Origin: Lama glama
Lineage: Eukaryota
Length of the DNA stretch: 64,000 bases
Direction of reading: 5' to 3'
NCBI GenBank assembly: GCA_028534125.1
Contig: CM052816.1
Span: 59,770,001 to 59,834,000, forward strand
Shown here: positions 38,838 through 50,144 of the stretch, in pieces
How positions within the stretch are numbered: position 1 is the first letter of the stretch
Layout of the letters: each line of letters begins with the position of its first letter
Notes under the pieces: model-generated
Told to the model about the DNA's origin: nothing
Databases searched by the model: none
Seen by the model: only the letters and a program-made list of their open reading frames with translations
Made by a program: the position numbers and the translations under genes

Positions 38838-39410
38838 AAAGTGTATCATACAGTATCTGTCTTTGACTTATTTCACTGAGAATAATGCTGTCTAAGTTGT
38901 TGCAAATTTCATTCTTTTTTAAGGCTGAGTAGTATTCCATTGCATACATATGCCACATCTTCTTTACCCATTCACCTGTTGGTGGACACTTAGGTTGCTT
39001 CCATATTTTGGTAACTGTAAATAATGCTGCTGTGAACACTGAGGTGCATGTTATCTTTTCAAATTAGTGGGGGGTTTTTAGATATATATCCACTTATATG
39101 AGGAATCTAAAAATACAACAAACAAGTGAATGTAACAAAAAAGAAGCAGAGTTGCAGGTGCAAAGAATGTAGTGGTTACCAGTGGGAAGAGGGAAGGGGG
39201 GAAGGGTAATAGAGGGGTAGGAGAGTAAGAGGTACAAACTATTATGTATAAAATAAGCTACAAGGATATATTGTACAACATGGGGAATATAGCCAATATT
39301 TTATAGTAACTATAAATGGAATATAACCTGTAAAAATTGTGAATGACTATATTGTACACCTACAATTTATATAATATTGTACATTAATAATGCTTCAATA
39401 AAAAATAAAC
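38838..39410 (+). mobile_element. 5'-inverted cetartiodactyl-type L1 3' end
   Basis: 38838-39088 is antisense ORF2-end sequence (aaggctgagtagtattccattg, ggacacttaggttgcttcca). 39089-39410 is sense 3'UTR (cacttatatgaggaatct...aagctacaaggatatattgtacaac...ttcaataaaaaa). Confidence 0.85.
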
Positions 39411-39815
39411 TATATAAAATAGTAACTAGAAAAAGAGGATGGCTGCAAAAAATTAGGATGTGGGCATGGACTCTGAATATTTTCTGCCGTGCAGAGACCC
39501 AAGGGTCTTTTTCTGTTTTCCATATGTACTCTATTTCTTAGCTCTCATTTAACTAAGCAGGGGCTGGCTGAAATAAGCTGCTTTGAATAATTTACTAATT
39601 TGGGGGAGCCACAAGAGTTATTTTATAATAGCACTGGATCTGATAAAATTTTAACCTCCAACTTGTCTGAAGGGACACTATTAGGAAGAATTTTATTAAA
39701 ATCCCCAGTTTCCACAGCTTCAAGAGGCACCTCTGGCGGTGTAGGGCTGTCCTCAGCACAACTTTTCACTTGATCTGATGTGGGGGGTGCTTTCTGAGTC
39801 TGTGCTGAACCATAG

Positions 39816-40183
39816 CGTTAGAGACTGAACGTTTGTTTCCCCCTAAAATTTGTACTCTAAAAAAAATCTACTCCCCAGTGTGATGGTTCTAGGAGGTGGG
39901 GCCTTTGGGAGGTGATTTGGTCATGAGGATAGAGCGCTCCTGAATGGGATTAGTGCCCTTATAAAAGAAACCCCAGAGAGCTCCATAGTCCCTACTACCA
40001 TGTGAAGCCACAGCAAAAAGCACCACCTATGAACGAGGAAGTGGACTCCAACCAGATACTGAAGATGCTGGAGACTTGATTTTGGACTTCCAGCCTTCAG
40101 AACTGTGAGAAAGAAATGTTTGCTGTTGAAGCCACCCAGTCTATTAGAGTCTTTTGTTATAGCAGCCTGCACGGACTAAGAAA
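39816..40183 (+). mobile_element. MLT1A0-type solo LTR
   Basis: Full-length match to the recalled MLT1A layout (gactgaacgtttg...ggaggtggggcctttgggaggtga...gcccttataaaaga...ggactaag). TSD catag/cacag. Confidence 0.9.
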
Positions 40184-40499
40184 CACAGTAAGTTCTGACA
40201 CTGCCTGATTGCACTGCTAAGAAGCAAACTCTATGAACTTTCCCTTACTTTACAGAAACTCTAGTTTTTTACCCTCAGCATCTTGTAAGCGCATACAGAC
40301 CCCTCTGTCATCTGTTGCTTAGTTTCTTTGAAGCTATTTATAGCTCAGGTTATAACCTCCTCTGATTCCTTTTTTCCCCCCTAATTTCATAAACTGAGTG
40401 TCGTGTTTCAACTGGTGAGTCTTATTTTAATTGCTCCTTCCATTACTCCCCATTTAGAAATAATATAAAGTGGTTAGAGAAAAAAAAATATGCATCTGC

Positions 40500-40740
40500 C
40501 TAACATTCAATGAACATCTATATGCAAAACATTGTGGAGCATCCAAATTTGAATCAGAGTCAGACCCAATTCTCATATAGTTTCAACTAATAGGAAAGAT
40601 AAAACTTTTTTTAAAAAATGTTACACAAAAAGGATGGATGAAAAGTATTAGATGTCAGTAGCAAGTTTCAAGGAAAATGGCATTTGTTTTTCCCTGGAAG
40701 ATCAGGGAGAGTCTCAGAGAAGTCATTTTTGAATTAAGCC
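40500..40740 (-). mobile_element. L2 fragment (3' part) abutting the retrocopy poly(A)
   Basis: ggaagatcagggagagtctcagagaagtcatttttgaattaagcc resembles the L2 antisense consensus. Confidence 0.55.
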
Positions 40741-40779
40741 TTTTTCTTTTTAATTTTATATGAAACAGTTTGTTTTATT
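40741..40779 (-). other. Poly(A) signal and poly(A) tail remnant of the retrocopied mRNA
   Basis: Minus strand reads AATAAAacaaactgtttcatat then aaaattaaaaagaaaaa. Confidence 0.8.
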
Positions 40780-43700
40780 TTTCTGACATCACAGCCCAAA
40801 CAAGTGGTTTCGTACTGCATATAATGGACGTTACATAGAATGTTTGTGTGGGGGAGGAGGAAGAAAGGGAAGTAACCACAAAATTAAAAAAAAAATCCAG
40901 GATAATTTTTAGCATCTGTTCCACTCCCACATTAATAAAATTCACCTGGAAATTCAAATAGAAAGAAAACAGAAAAATAAGAGTCAGGGGAAAGAAGGAC
41001 ATACTGGTGAAATAAAAGGTACAAGGGAGAAAAAAAAAGCCACAGAGTCCCAGGGGACAGACCTCACGCTCCCTTCCCAAACCAGGAGGATGCTTAGCAG
41101 GGATACGGAGGCGTTGCTAGATCTATCTCCTCAAAGTAATGCCATGTACCACAGTGCCCAAGGGAAAAGAGGGGAGGGACGCAGAGCATGAGCAGGCCAG
41201 GGGTTGGGGCATAAGGGAAGGAAACACAACTTGCCTGAGAGAGGCCAGGGATCTCATTGAGCTGAGGCTTGGAATGGATAGACCTGTATCTGGAAGGATG
41301 CCCCAAGTTTCCACTGACCTCGGACCTCCCATGCTAGGCAATGCTAGTACCTTCTAGGGGCTGATTTGCTTGCCCATCATCCCTTATGCAAAAACACCAA
41401 TCTTGGACCCCAGGGCTGTTTCCCCTCACAGGAACCATTTCAGTGTCTGGCTGGGCTTCTCAGGTGGAGTACAGAGGACAGATTCAACTCAGGTCTGACC
41501 TCCTGCAGATCTGAGTCAGAAAGAATGGAAGGCATACTATTCCCCAGCACAGTGAGGCAGTCAGGAGCCCTCAGGTCTCCAAATTTGCAAAGTGCTGTAG
41601 CCACTGAATTTTGAGGTATGAAGAAAATGATTCTTGCTGTGGGGGAGATTCATACTGGAGGGAACTCCTGAGAAAAATGTAACTGTCTTTGAGATACCAT
41701 TTGAGGCTCCTGGGACCCATAACCCATCAGAGGACTGTGTGACATCGAATCAGGCCCTACTGAAACAACACCATGGGGAAGTACATTGGTCCCTGTGGTA
41801 TTCAAGGAGGGCATCTGGTTGGAGTGAGGAGTGGCTTGGTCATTCCCATTAGGTTGACGGCTGGCACTGGAACCTGAAGTTAAAGGATTTTCTGTGTTAA
41901 TGCCCATTCCTGGCATGTTACTCATTGATGAGAAGTAGAGTAGAAGAGCTGGAGGGGAATTGTCATCTGAGCCTACTGCCATCTTGATGGTATGATGAGA
42001 TAGTCAGGTAGAACTGGACATGGCAAACTTAGATGTTCAAGACATCACGATGGAAAGCAGGTGTGGGGAAGGAGTACCTCTGGAGGCAAGCTGCACCAGA
42101 GAGAAGACAACCTGGATATTCACAGAAGCAGATTATCCCGCAGAGCAGCAGCAAATCCAAAGATGGGGCTATTGAATGAAAGCAGCAGTGTCTGGGCCCG
42201 CGGTCAGGCCCACTATGTACAACAGAATCTGGAGGCACTTGAGATTTCTGATCAGCAAGTCCAGCATTGATGACTGGACGTACGTGGTGGGAGGTTTCAG
42301 AGGGTTCATACCAGGAGAAAGCACAGGGCTACTTGCCACAGATGTATTCAAGGCCTTCTGCCCTGGGCCATGTCAAACTGGAGGAACTGTGTTGAGGCTA
42401 ATCGGGTTTCTGGAAGGGTTGAGTAGTAGTTGTGGCTATGACAGAGTTGGCCATTAGTTCTGTTGGTGGGTCTGATTGTCTCTCTGAGATTCTGCAAACC
42501 ACTGATGCTTCCTGCCATACTCCTGCTGAGGATGCTCACCAGGTGGCAGGGGAATCACCTTCTGCTCAGCAGGCAGCATCCTGGAGCCACCTGAGTATAA
42601 TCCATCATCTCCCCAGAGCACAATGACCCTCTCCTCTTTTGAGGTATCATCTGAGAGCTGGATCCATGTTGACATTTAAATTGATGTTTCCCTTCATGAC
42701 ATAAAGGACCATCCCAAACTCAAATCCCCAACCAGGGCTCATGGGTGGGGCATTGTTTTTGGAAAGTTATCCTGTTAGAACTCAGAGGGAAAATGGGACA
42801 GTTCACTAAGAGCCTGGGATCATCTGAGTCATCTCTATTCTGGGTCTGATGCCTGTTATGCTTATTCCAGGGAGATGACCTCGAAATTTTTCTTCAAGCT
42901 GCTGTTGAAACATCTCTGCAGACAGCCTTTGGAGATTGTGAAAGCACTTCCCTCAGTTAAACCACTGAAGACCCTCTTGCAAGGAGAGAAATTTCAATCA
43001 TTTGGGATTTTTGACACACTATCTGGCCGACTGACTGCAGGAAGCCCTGATCTGGATGCAGGGTTGGGGACATTTGCCCTTCCATTTCAGAGCTTATCAC
43101 TCCTGCCAATCCAGAAAAGCATACATATAAGACCCCTGGCATGTTGGGGTTAAGGGCCATGCCCCTAGGAGCAGAGAACGTGCTGTAGTCATACTCTCAG
43201 AATAAGGTTCTGCTTGGCCAGGTGCCCAGCCTTCACTAGGGGTCATCTGGTACAGAGAGAGAGGCCCTGGGACAAATTCCAAGGTTCATGCTGATAAACC
43301 TCTGTATCTTGGAGGGAGCACTGTGGTAGAGTAGCCTGTTTCTGATTCCTCTTCTTCTATTTATTAAAAACTCCTGCTGTAATTTCAGTCAAACTATCTG
43401 CTCAGGAGTCCTATGATCTGGGTGGTTGGATCCTAGGGGCCCAGACTAGGAGTACATGGAAGGTGAGATCACTTCATCTAGAGAAAAAGGCACATCTCTA
43501 ATCTGGATGGACAAGTGGAGACTCCACATCTGTCCGGGACACAAGTCCCTTCCCTAGGCTTCATTACTGAGCCACTAAGGTCTGTGTCAACCCTTCTGGT
43601 TTCTTTGCAGGTCCATCTAATACCCCAGCATTCTGCATTCTTTGTGCTGCTATGGATGCTTTCTCATCAGGGGAAAGCATATGACGGATTTGAGAGTTCA

Positions 43701-45275
43701 TAAGGAGTGTTCCTGATGTTCCAGCTGCTCATGAGGCAGTCTATCTGGGTCCTCCCCCAGGGTGGGGGGCTCTCCATTGGACACCAGTGCAGGAGATGGG
43801 ATGAGGGCATGGGGATCTGCCAGAGCCATTGTCCCTGTGGGAGACAGAGGTAACTGCTTGGTTTGGGAACATCAAATTTGGCCCTGTACCATGCAGGGAA
43901 AGTGGAGTAGAGCTGGCAGGGCTGCCTGCAGAAGGAATCTGTTTTCTACCCCAGCCAGGGGACACATGTGAGCAGCAGGTGTGGGTGCTGATGCCAGAAT
44001 GCACTGAGTTGGCTGCAGTCTGGTATTCAGGGAAGAATTCTGGCTCTGCTTGCCTGAAACTGAGAGAGGTTTCAGATCATTCCAAAGGCAGATATCTGTG
44101 GATTCAGAGGGGCCTTCTTTCTTACTCTCTTGCTGCTAGGGATGTTCTGGATGCAGTTTCAACTTGATCTTCAGTGCAGCTTCTGCAGCTTGATAACATA
44201 AGCACCATTTTGGTTAATATCTTCTGAGCAAGAGTTTGCTTTGGACAAAAGTCTGGCTATGGAAAGGTCTCGAAGACCTGTGGGTCATGAAATTTGTTCA
44301 CAAGGGCGTTGTGCACTGGAAATCCTGAGACTTTATGTGATCAGCAGAATTATATTCTTTAGTCCTGAGAGCTCCCTGATCAAGGGAGTGGGTGGAAATA
44401 CTTTGCTCCCTTGGCATCACTTCCAGCCCCATTCTTCAGGTCCTTGTTCCCACCTGGCCCACGGAGTACTTGTAGCTTTCTTGGCTCCCACTGTTGGAGT
44501 CACAAGGCCAGGACTGGGATTGACTGGCCAGCCCCCTTGTTCACTCTGCCTGGAGAATGTGAAAACCAGGGGATTCCAAGATGGGGACATCACTGTAAGG
44601 GAAAGCCATCATCTCCTGCTTTGACTTGGGCTCTGACTCTCTTTTGTGATGGAGTTTCTCCCTTTGGGGTTACTGGAATGCACTGGTTGAATCGCTGAGC
44701 CTGAAGTCACAGACAGGGACAGGCTCTCTGAGTTCTTGGACTGCAACAGAAACAGTTGCTGAGGCAGGGACAGTGGTCTGCTGCTTGCTGGGTGTGCCCC
44801 TTTATGCTGGGCACCTGTATGCCTTGTTCCTCTCTGTTTTTCTGTGTTCTGGAAGTGGGTCTTGCAGCTTCAGCATTCTCTGAGTGGGCTTCCCGCTGCT
44901 AGAGGAGAACCTTGCGTGTGGAGGGCACACAATACACAAGGATTACTGCAGGGCAGTGTTGATCGCAGGGCTCAGGGTCTGGGAGTCATGCTCTCAAAGG
45001 CAATCTGCATCTTTCAGGAAGTTCAGTTTGCTCTTTAATCTACATTGGGACACTGAAGAACTTTCCAAAACTAATCTCTGCCTCCTAAACAGAAATGAAT
45101 TTCTAGGTGAAAACTGGGCTGACACATCCAGTTCCTGGAAGCAGGATGGGAGCATGATAGGGGGAACAGGCTTTGGTCCAGGGCACATCCTGGCACTGAG
45201 TTGGCACCCTTGCCTCTTCTGTCTCCCCACTGCATCTCTTGAAGTGTTTTAACCACTGGAAGGGACCATGTAAAC
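40741..45275 (-). pseudogene. BCL9: Processed pseudogene (retrocopy) of BCL9, Wnt/beta-catenin transcriptional co-activator; near full-length, non-functional
   Basis: Minus-strand translation gives collinear, intronless BCL9 peptides: (V)HSSNPK at 44683; NSADHIKSQD; GSPASSTPL; HEQLEHQEHSL*TL (HD2); TPEQIV*LKLQQEF (HD3); YQMTPSEGWAPG; MLPAEQKVIPLPPGEHPQQEYG; SGLQNLRETI; SKFAMSSST; SDDNSPPA..MSNMPGMGINTENP; HSNQMPS; DLQEV; EKPSQTL. AATAAA at 40779-40774 and decayed poly(A) at 40757-40741. Many stops, frameshifts and deletions. Confidence 0.96.
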
Positions 45276-45282
45276 AAAACAT

Positions 45283-45445
45283 ATGAGAAATAAGCTTAGA
45301 AAGGTAAGTTGGGGCAAATTTTAGGGAAGTTTTCAAGGCTAGATTATAAATTTGGACTTTTTTTGGTGGGGGGGGGACTGCTCAAGATTTCTGAAGATGG
45401 GAGTGACATGATCATGACTTGGCTGTAGAAAGATTCATCCTATTA
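45283..45445 (-). mobile_element. L2 fragment continuing the element split by the retrocopy
   Basis: gaaataagcttagaaaggtaagttggggcaaatt...tttggacttt...gggagtgacatgatc...tagaaagattcatcct, the typical L2 antisense motif order. Confidence 0.65.
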
Positions 45446-46794
45446 TTGTTTAGAGGAAAAAGAATCAAGATGCTTCCAGATGCAAGTTAAAAAAAAAAAG
45501 ATGGCTTAGATGACTGTCATCTAATCTAAAATTTATTATCTTATGTAATAAAAAGTCCCAACCTGTAAAGAGAGATCCAGTTGTTTTTCACAAAGCAATG
45601 GTGATATTTGAAACCAAGAGATTGGCTGAGGGTGTCAAGAAAGGACATAGAAACAACAAAAAAGTGACCAATAATAGAAATTTAGAGAATGTCAGGGAGG
45701 AAAGTTAGGAAGCAGAAAAATAAAAATAAGTTCCTTACTATCTCATTTTTGCTACTTCTAGTTTAGCATTAGAGCTCACCCCTGCCCCTTAAATGATTAT
45801 TTTTAAATGAAAAAAGTTCAGTATGAATACTCAGGTCTCTCAGGGATATACATTCTCATTTCAGAAGACCAATTTAGCCAAGTATAAGGATAACTAAGAG
45901 AGTCCTTTCTCTATAGACAAGACCTCTGATCCATTTCAAAGTAATTTTATTTACTGTCACTAAAAGTAATTAGAGCATTCATCCCTAGTGGCCACTGGTC
46001 ATCTTAAAAGAAATTTCCATATTTATCTAGAGAGCACCCAGTGAAATCCATAAAGAAACTCAGCAATCCACAGAGCAGTCTCCCATTGCCAACAGAAGGG
46101 TGTAGCTCTGCAGACTTGCTACCGATATCTGTACCCAGGCAAGGCACTCATCAAGAATTTCAGATATGAATGCTCAATTAGGAGCACCTCTTCACTGTTC
46201 TGGCAAAGTGTCCTCGCCACGAGATTCTATTTTGTGCAGTAAGCTAAGGGATGTAGACTTGAAACTATAAAATGAAACAACCATTGGCCATCTTTCACTT
46301 TAGCTGAGCCTAGTTAACATGTCACCTCTGTCATGCTTCGGAGCACACTGAGTGTGAGTGGCAACACCCAGCCAAGGCAGCCATCACTCAGTGCTTTGCC
46401 ATATAATTGTTTTTCTCACCAACAGACCAAGAGACTTAGTCATAGGAAATGGGCACTAATAATTCTGTAGGGAAACCAAAAGAGATGATGAACTTTGTAG
46501 ATAATGAAACACCTGGCAGGCTACCTGCCCTTGCAGATTGCTTCCACTGCCCACACCTAATGACTCAACTCCTTGCTCTTAGGGGGGGTGTGCTTTTGCC
46601 ACAAAAAACAATGAAAATGTCTAACTTGAAATCAACAGTGCTACGTTCTGTAAAATTATACTAGAGCTTTCAATTTAAAAAGCCCAGATGTGTAATTTTT
46701 AAATTGATCTCTCACACACTATACATTGCTTGTGTACATTTAAATGAATGAAGAAATAAGTAAACATCTAGAGATGTCTAGATATAGATATAGA

Positions 46795-46905
46795 CAGTTA
46801 ACATTTACTGAGCACTTAGCATGTGCCAATATATTTACATATGTTAACCCATTTGAATCTTATAAGGTAGGTAATGTTATCATCATATTCTTTTCATAGA
46901 TAAGA
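46795..46905 (-). mobile_element. MIR SINE fragment
   Basis: agttaacatttactgagcacttagcatgtgcca...aaggtaggtaatgttatcatc. Confidence 0.7.
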
Positions 46906-47839
46906 AAGAAAAAGAATAGAAAAAGACATTGATAGATGGGTTGCAATGAATTCCAAAATGTAAGTAACAAATAGAATGTCATCAGTGACATTTGCACATC
47001 CCCAATTTATACATATTTATTTGGTCTTTTTTTTCCCCTTTCTCCTCCCAGCTTCATCACACAAAACAGTTTTGAACCTGCATAGGCTGAGCAGCAATCT
47101 TCAGGACTGTAGGGAAAGCTGCTGTTAGTTAGCAGCTTTTAATTAGTAGCTTTCTGGAAGACAATGTTCCATTGTCTTCTGGAACAATACGTCCATGGAC
47201 ATCTGCCTCCGAGAGGTAGCTGGTGAAGAGCTCCATGGTGCCTCTTCTAATCATGTCTTCATACTCTGTAGTTAACAACATGCACGCAATTCAATGCATT
47301 AAATAATTAGTTCTCAGCATCTTGTGAACCAAGGACTTATTTCCAGAATGGTTTAGTAGTTTCTTCTGAAGTCCATGATCACAGAGGAAATTATTAGGCT
47401 CAGAAGGGTTGTACTTAAAACCTTGTGTCTCTGTTTATCTAAAACGACTGTGATAATTAAGCCTCTCATAAATTTCCTGCCATACCTTGCTCTGAGGATT
47501 TGAATCTTCAGCTCAGGCATTCCTCCTGGGTCTGGCATGGTGCTGGGAGGCCGGAGTCACTCAGACCAGAATCCCTAGAGCCTTTGGGACACAGGCTCTT
47601 CTCTTGTATGGCCTTCAAATGTGATTTTTCTTACTGTAATCATATTCAAGCCATTCTTCTTGGGGTTAAAATCGATCCCTCTACTTCATTATGGCAAAAA
47701 AGAGATGTACTAGGACTTTGTCTTAACATCCTTCACCTTGATATCCAATAATTCAGTAGTAGTAATCTTACTGTATCTTATAAAAGTATCAATCTCCAAT
47801 GGAAGAGAAGTTAAACAATAAAACAAAACAAAGAATGAC

Positions 47840-48690
47840 CAAAAACCCAAACAACTCAATTAAAAAAAATTAGCAACCAACTTGAAAAGACATTTCACCA
47901 AAGAAGACTTACAAATGACCAATAAACATGTGGAAAGATACTCAAAATCACTAGCCACTAGGGGAATGCAAATCAAAACCACAATAAGACACCATGTCAT
48001 ACCCATCAGAATGACTGTTATCACAAACAACAATAAGCTCCTGAAAATAACAAGTCTTGGTGAGGGAGAAATTGGAACTCTTATCCATCACTATGCAGAA
48101 AACAGTATGGCAGTTGCTCAAAAAATTAAAAATAGAAGTACCACATGTTGTGCCACTTTACTTCTGGATATACACTCAAAAGAATTGAAAGGAGAGACTC
48201 AAACAGAGAGGTGTACACCATATTCACAGAAGTCTTCTTCACAATAGCCAGAAGGTGAAAGCAATTCAAGTATTCATAGGATGAACAGACTTTTTAAACA
48301 TGGAATATCCATACATATTATTCAGCCCTGAGGAAGGAATTTTTGACATATTCTGCAACATGAATGAAACTTGAAGTCATTGTAAGTGAAATAAGCCAGA
48401 CACAAAAGTATAAATACTGTATGATTCCACTTATATGAGGTACCTGGAATAGTCAAATTGACAGAGTCAAAAAGTAGCAGTTTCTCGTTGCAAGGCTAGG
48501 GGGAGAGGGGAATGAGGAGTTACTGTTAGTGTACATAGAGCTTCAGTTAGGGAAAGTGAAAAACGTTCTGCAGACAAATACTGGTGACGGTTTCACAACA
48601 TCATGAATATACTTACTGCCCCTGAATGTATGCTTACAAATGGCAAAATGGTAAATTTTATGTTATGTGTATTTTACCACAAAAAAAGAA
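47840..48690 (+). mobile_element. L1MB-like LINE-1 3' end
   Basis: ORF 47882-48247 is decayed ORF2 C-terminus (RHFTKEDLQMTNKHVERYSKSLATRGMQIKTTIRHH). The 3'UTR ends ggtaaattttatgttatgtgtattttaccacaaaaaaa. Confidence 0.9.
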
Positions 48691-50144
48691 TACTTAAAAC
48701 AAAATGAAAAAGCAACTGCATCTCCCCCCCACCCCCAGGTAGCTTGAGAATCACTGATCTTCAAAGGCTGAAGGTAGGAAAAGGCCTCAGTGAGGGGGAG
48801 TTGGATGAACTTTCCACCAGGACTAAAGATGACAAACAGCAGACTTTCAGGCCACCCAGGCACCTCCTGACCAGGGAACCAGGAAGTCTATGTGTGTCAA
48901 ATCCTATAGAACCTACCATGGTGGCTATTTTTGTATTATCTGTTTTCCTACTCAACTAGCAGTGAAATCTTGAACAATAAGTACAATGTAATCCCATTCC
49001 CACGTATGAGGAAATAAATATCCCTATGTACATATGCATAGAAGAAAATTCCCCGGGGAGAATAGAAACCAAAATGTGAACATGGTTATATCTGGGTGGC
49101 CAGATCATGGGTGGCTTTTACTTTCTAAGTTTTTTTTTTTTTAATCATCTGTTGTTTTCACAACAGGTAGGTAAAACTTTTGTAATCAGGAGGCAAGAAA
49201 GAAATTTTTATTTAAAAATTAAGAAAGGATTGTTGGATGATGTTATATGGCCCGGACTTGAGATACCCTTAATTGTTTTTGGAGATTTATGCATAAGTTA
49301 GTGTGTGTTTCATTATTTCTAATTCTATTTGTTTTTAACATTAGAGATCAGACCAGTAGCTTACACATTATAAGGTAACAACGCTTGCCAGTTTACATGC
49401 TGAAAATGCATTTTATTCATCTAGGTCAGGTAAGATTAGAGTAATTAAGGTCACTAGACTTTGCCATTTAAGAAATCCTTAAATCCAATTCTAATCTCAT
49501 TCATTAAGGCCGCAAACAAAAGGGTTAATTGCTAACATACAATGTTTCAGACTCCATCCTGACACAAATCTTTTAATATTAAATATTATTAATGCATTGC
49601 TTTGTAACTTTAGAGAAGGGCGGATGCATTCAGTACTCTAAGAGTTACAGATTTATTAGTTCTGAAGAGGTTGTCCCCGGGGTAACTCATTATCGCTTGT
49701 ACAAGCACGGAATGTTCTGTGACAGGAGAATGTCTAAAATGAAACAACCCAATTAGTCAAGACAGGGCATGCATGTGGTGACTCTGCAATATGAGCACAT
49801 GCTGTCAGCTCCTGAACTGTCACCATGCAGCCTTGTGGCTGAGGCAATGCCCCTGCCAGAACAGGTTGGCTGCCGATGTGGGAATCCTGATAGCCTGTTG
49901 CCACATCAGACTCCTGCTCAGTTGCCTCACTTCAGCTCTGGTCCATGTGGAAAGGAAAATCCTGTTGTCTTATGATTCTCTTGAACCAAACCTTTCACCA
50001 CTTTAAAAAGGAGACAAACAAACTGATTTGAATTGTAATTTCTCTCTTCTTTCTCTTTCCAATTCTGACAAAGGTGCTAAGGGGGAGTGGAAATTCCTAA
50101 TGGTGTTCTTGAAAGATCAACCTTCAACCAAGTGTATTAACTCA

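Noticed and set aside
41650..41982. 110-aa minus-strand ORF with BCL9 similarity as a possible functional micro-protein
   Set aside because: It is a chance open stretch between stops, drifts out of frame in the middle and contains no intact interaction domain.
42130..44380. Some retrocopy deletions fall near where I recall BCL9 exon junctions
   Set aside because: The retained ends do not look like GT-AG splice products, deletions are frequent throughout the copy, and my junction positions are from memory.
41139..45252. Dense cluster of 60-127 aa ORFs on the + strand
   Set aside because: These are antisense shadows of the GC-richer BCL9 retrocopy. They show no protein-like features, and many start at non-ATG codons.
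46344..46395. Short hairpin cactgagtg...cactcagtg
   Set aside because: The 9-bp stem with a long loop is too weak for a pre-miRNA or structured RNA call.
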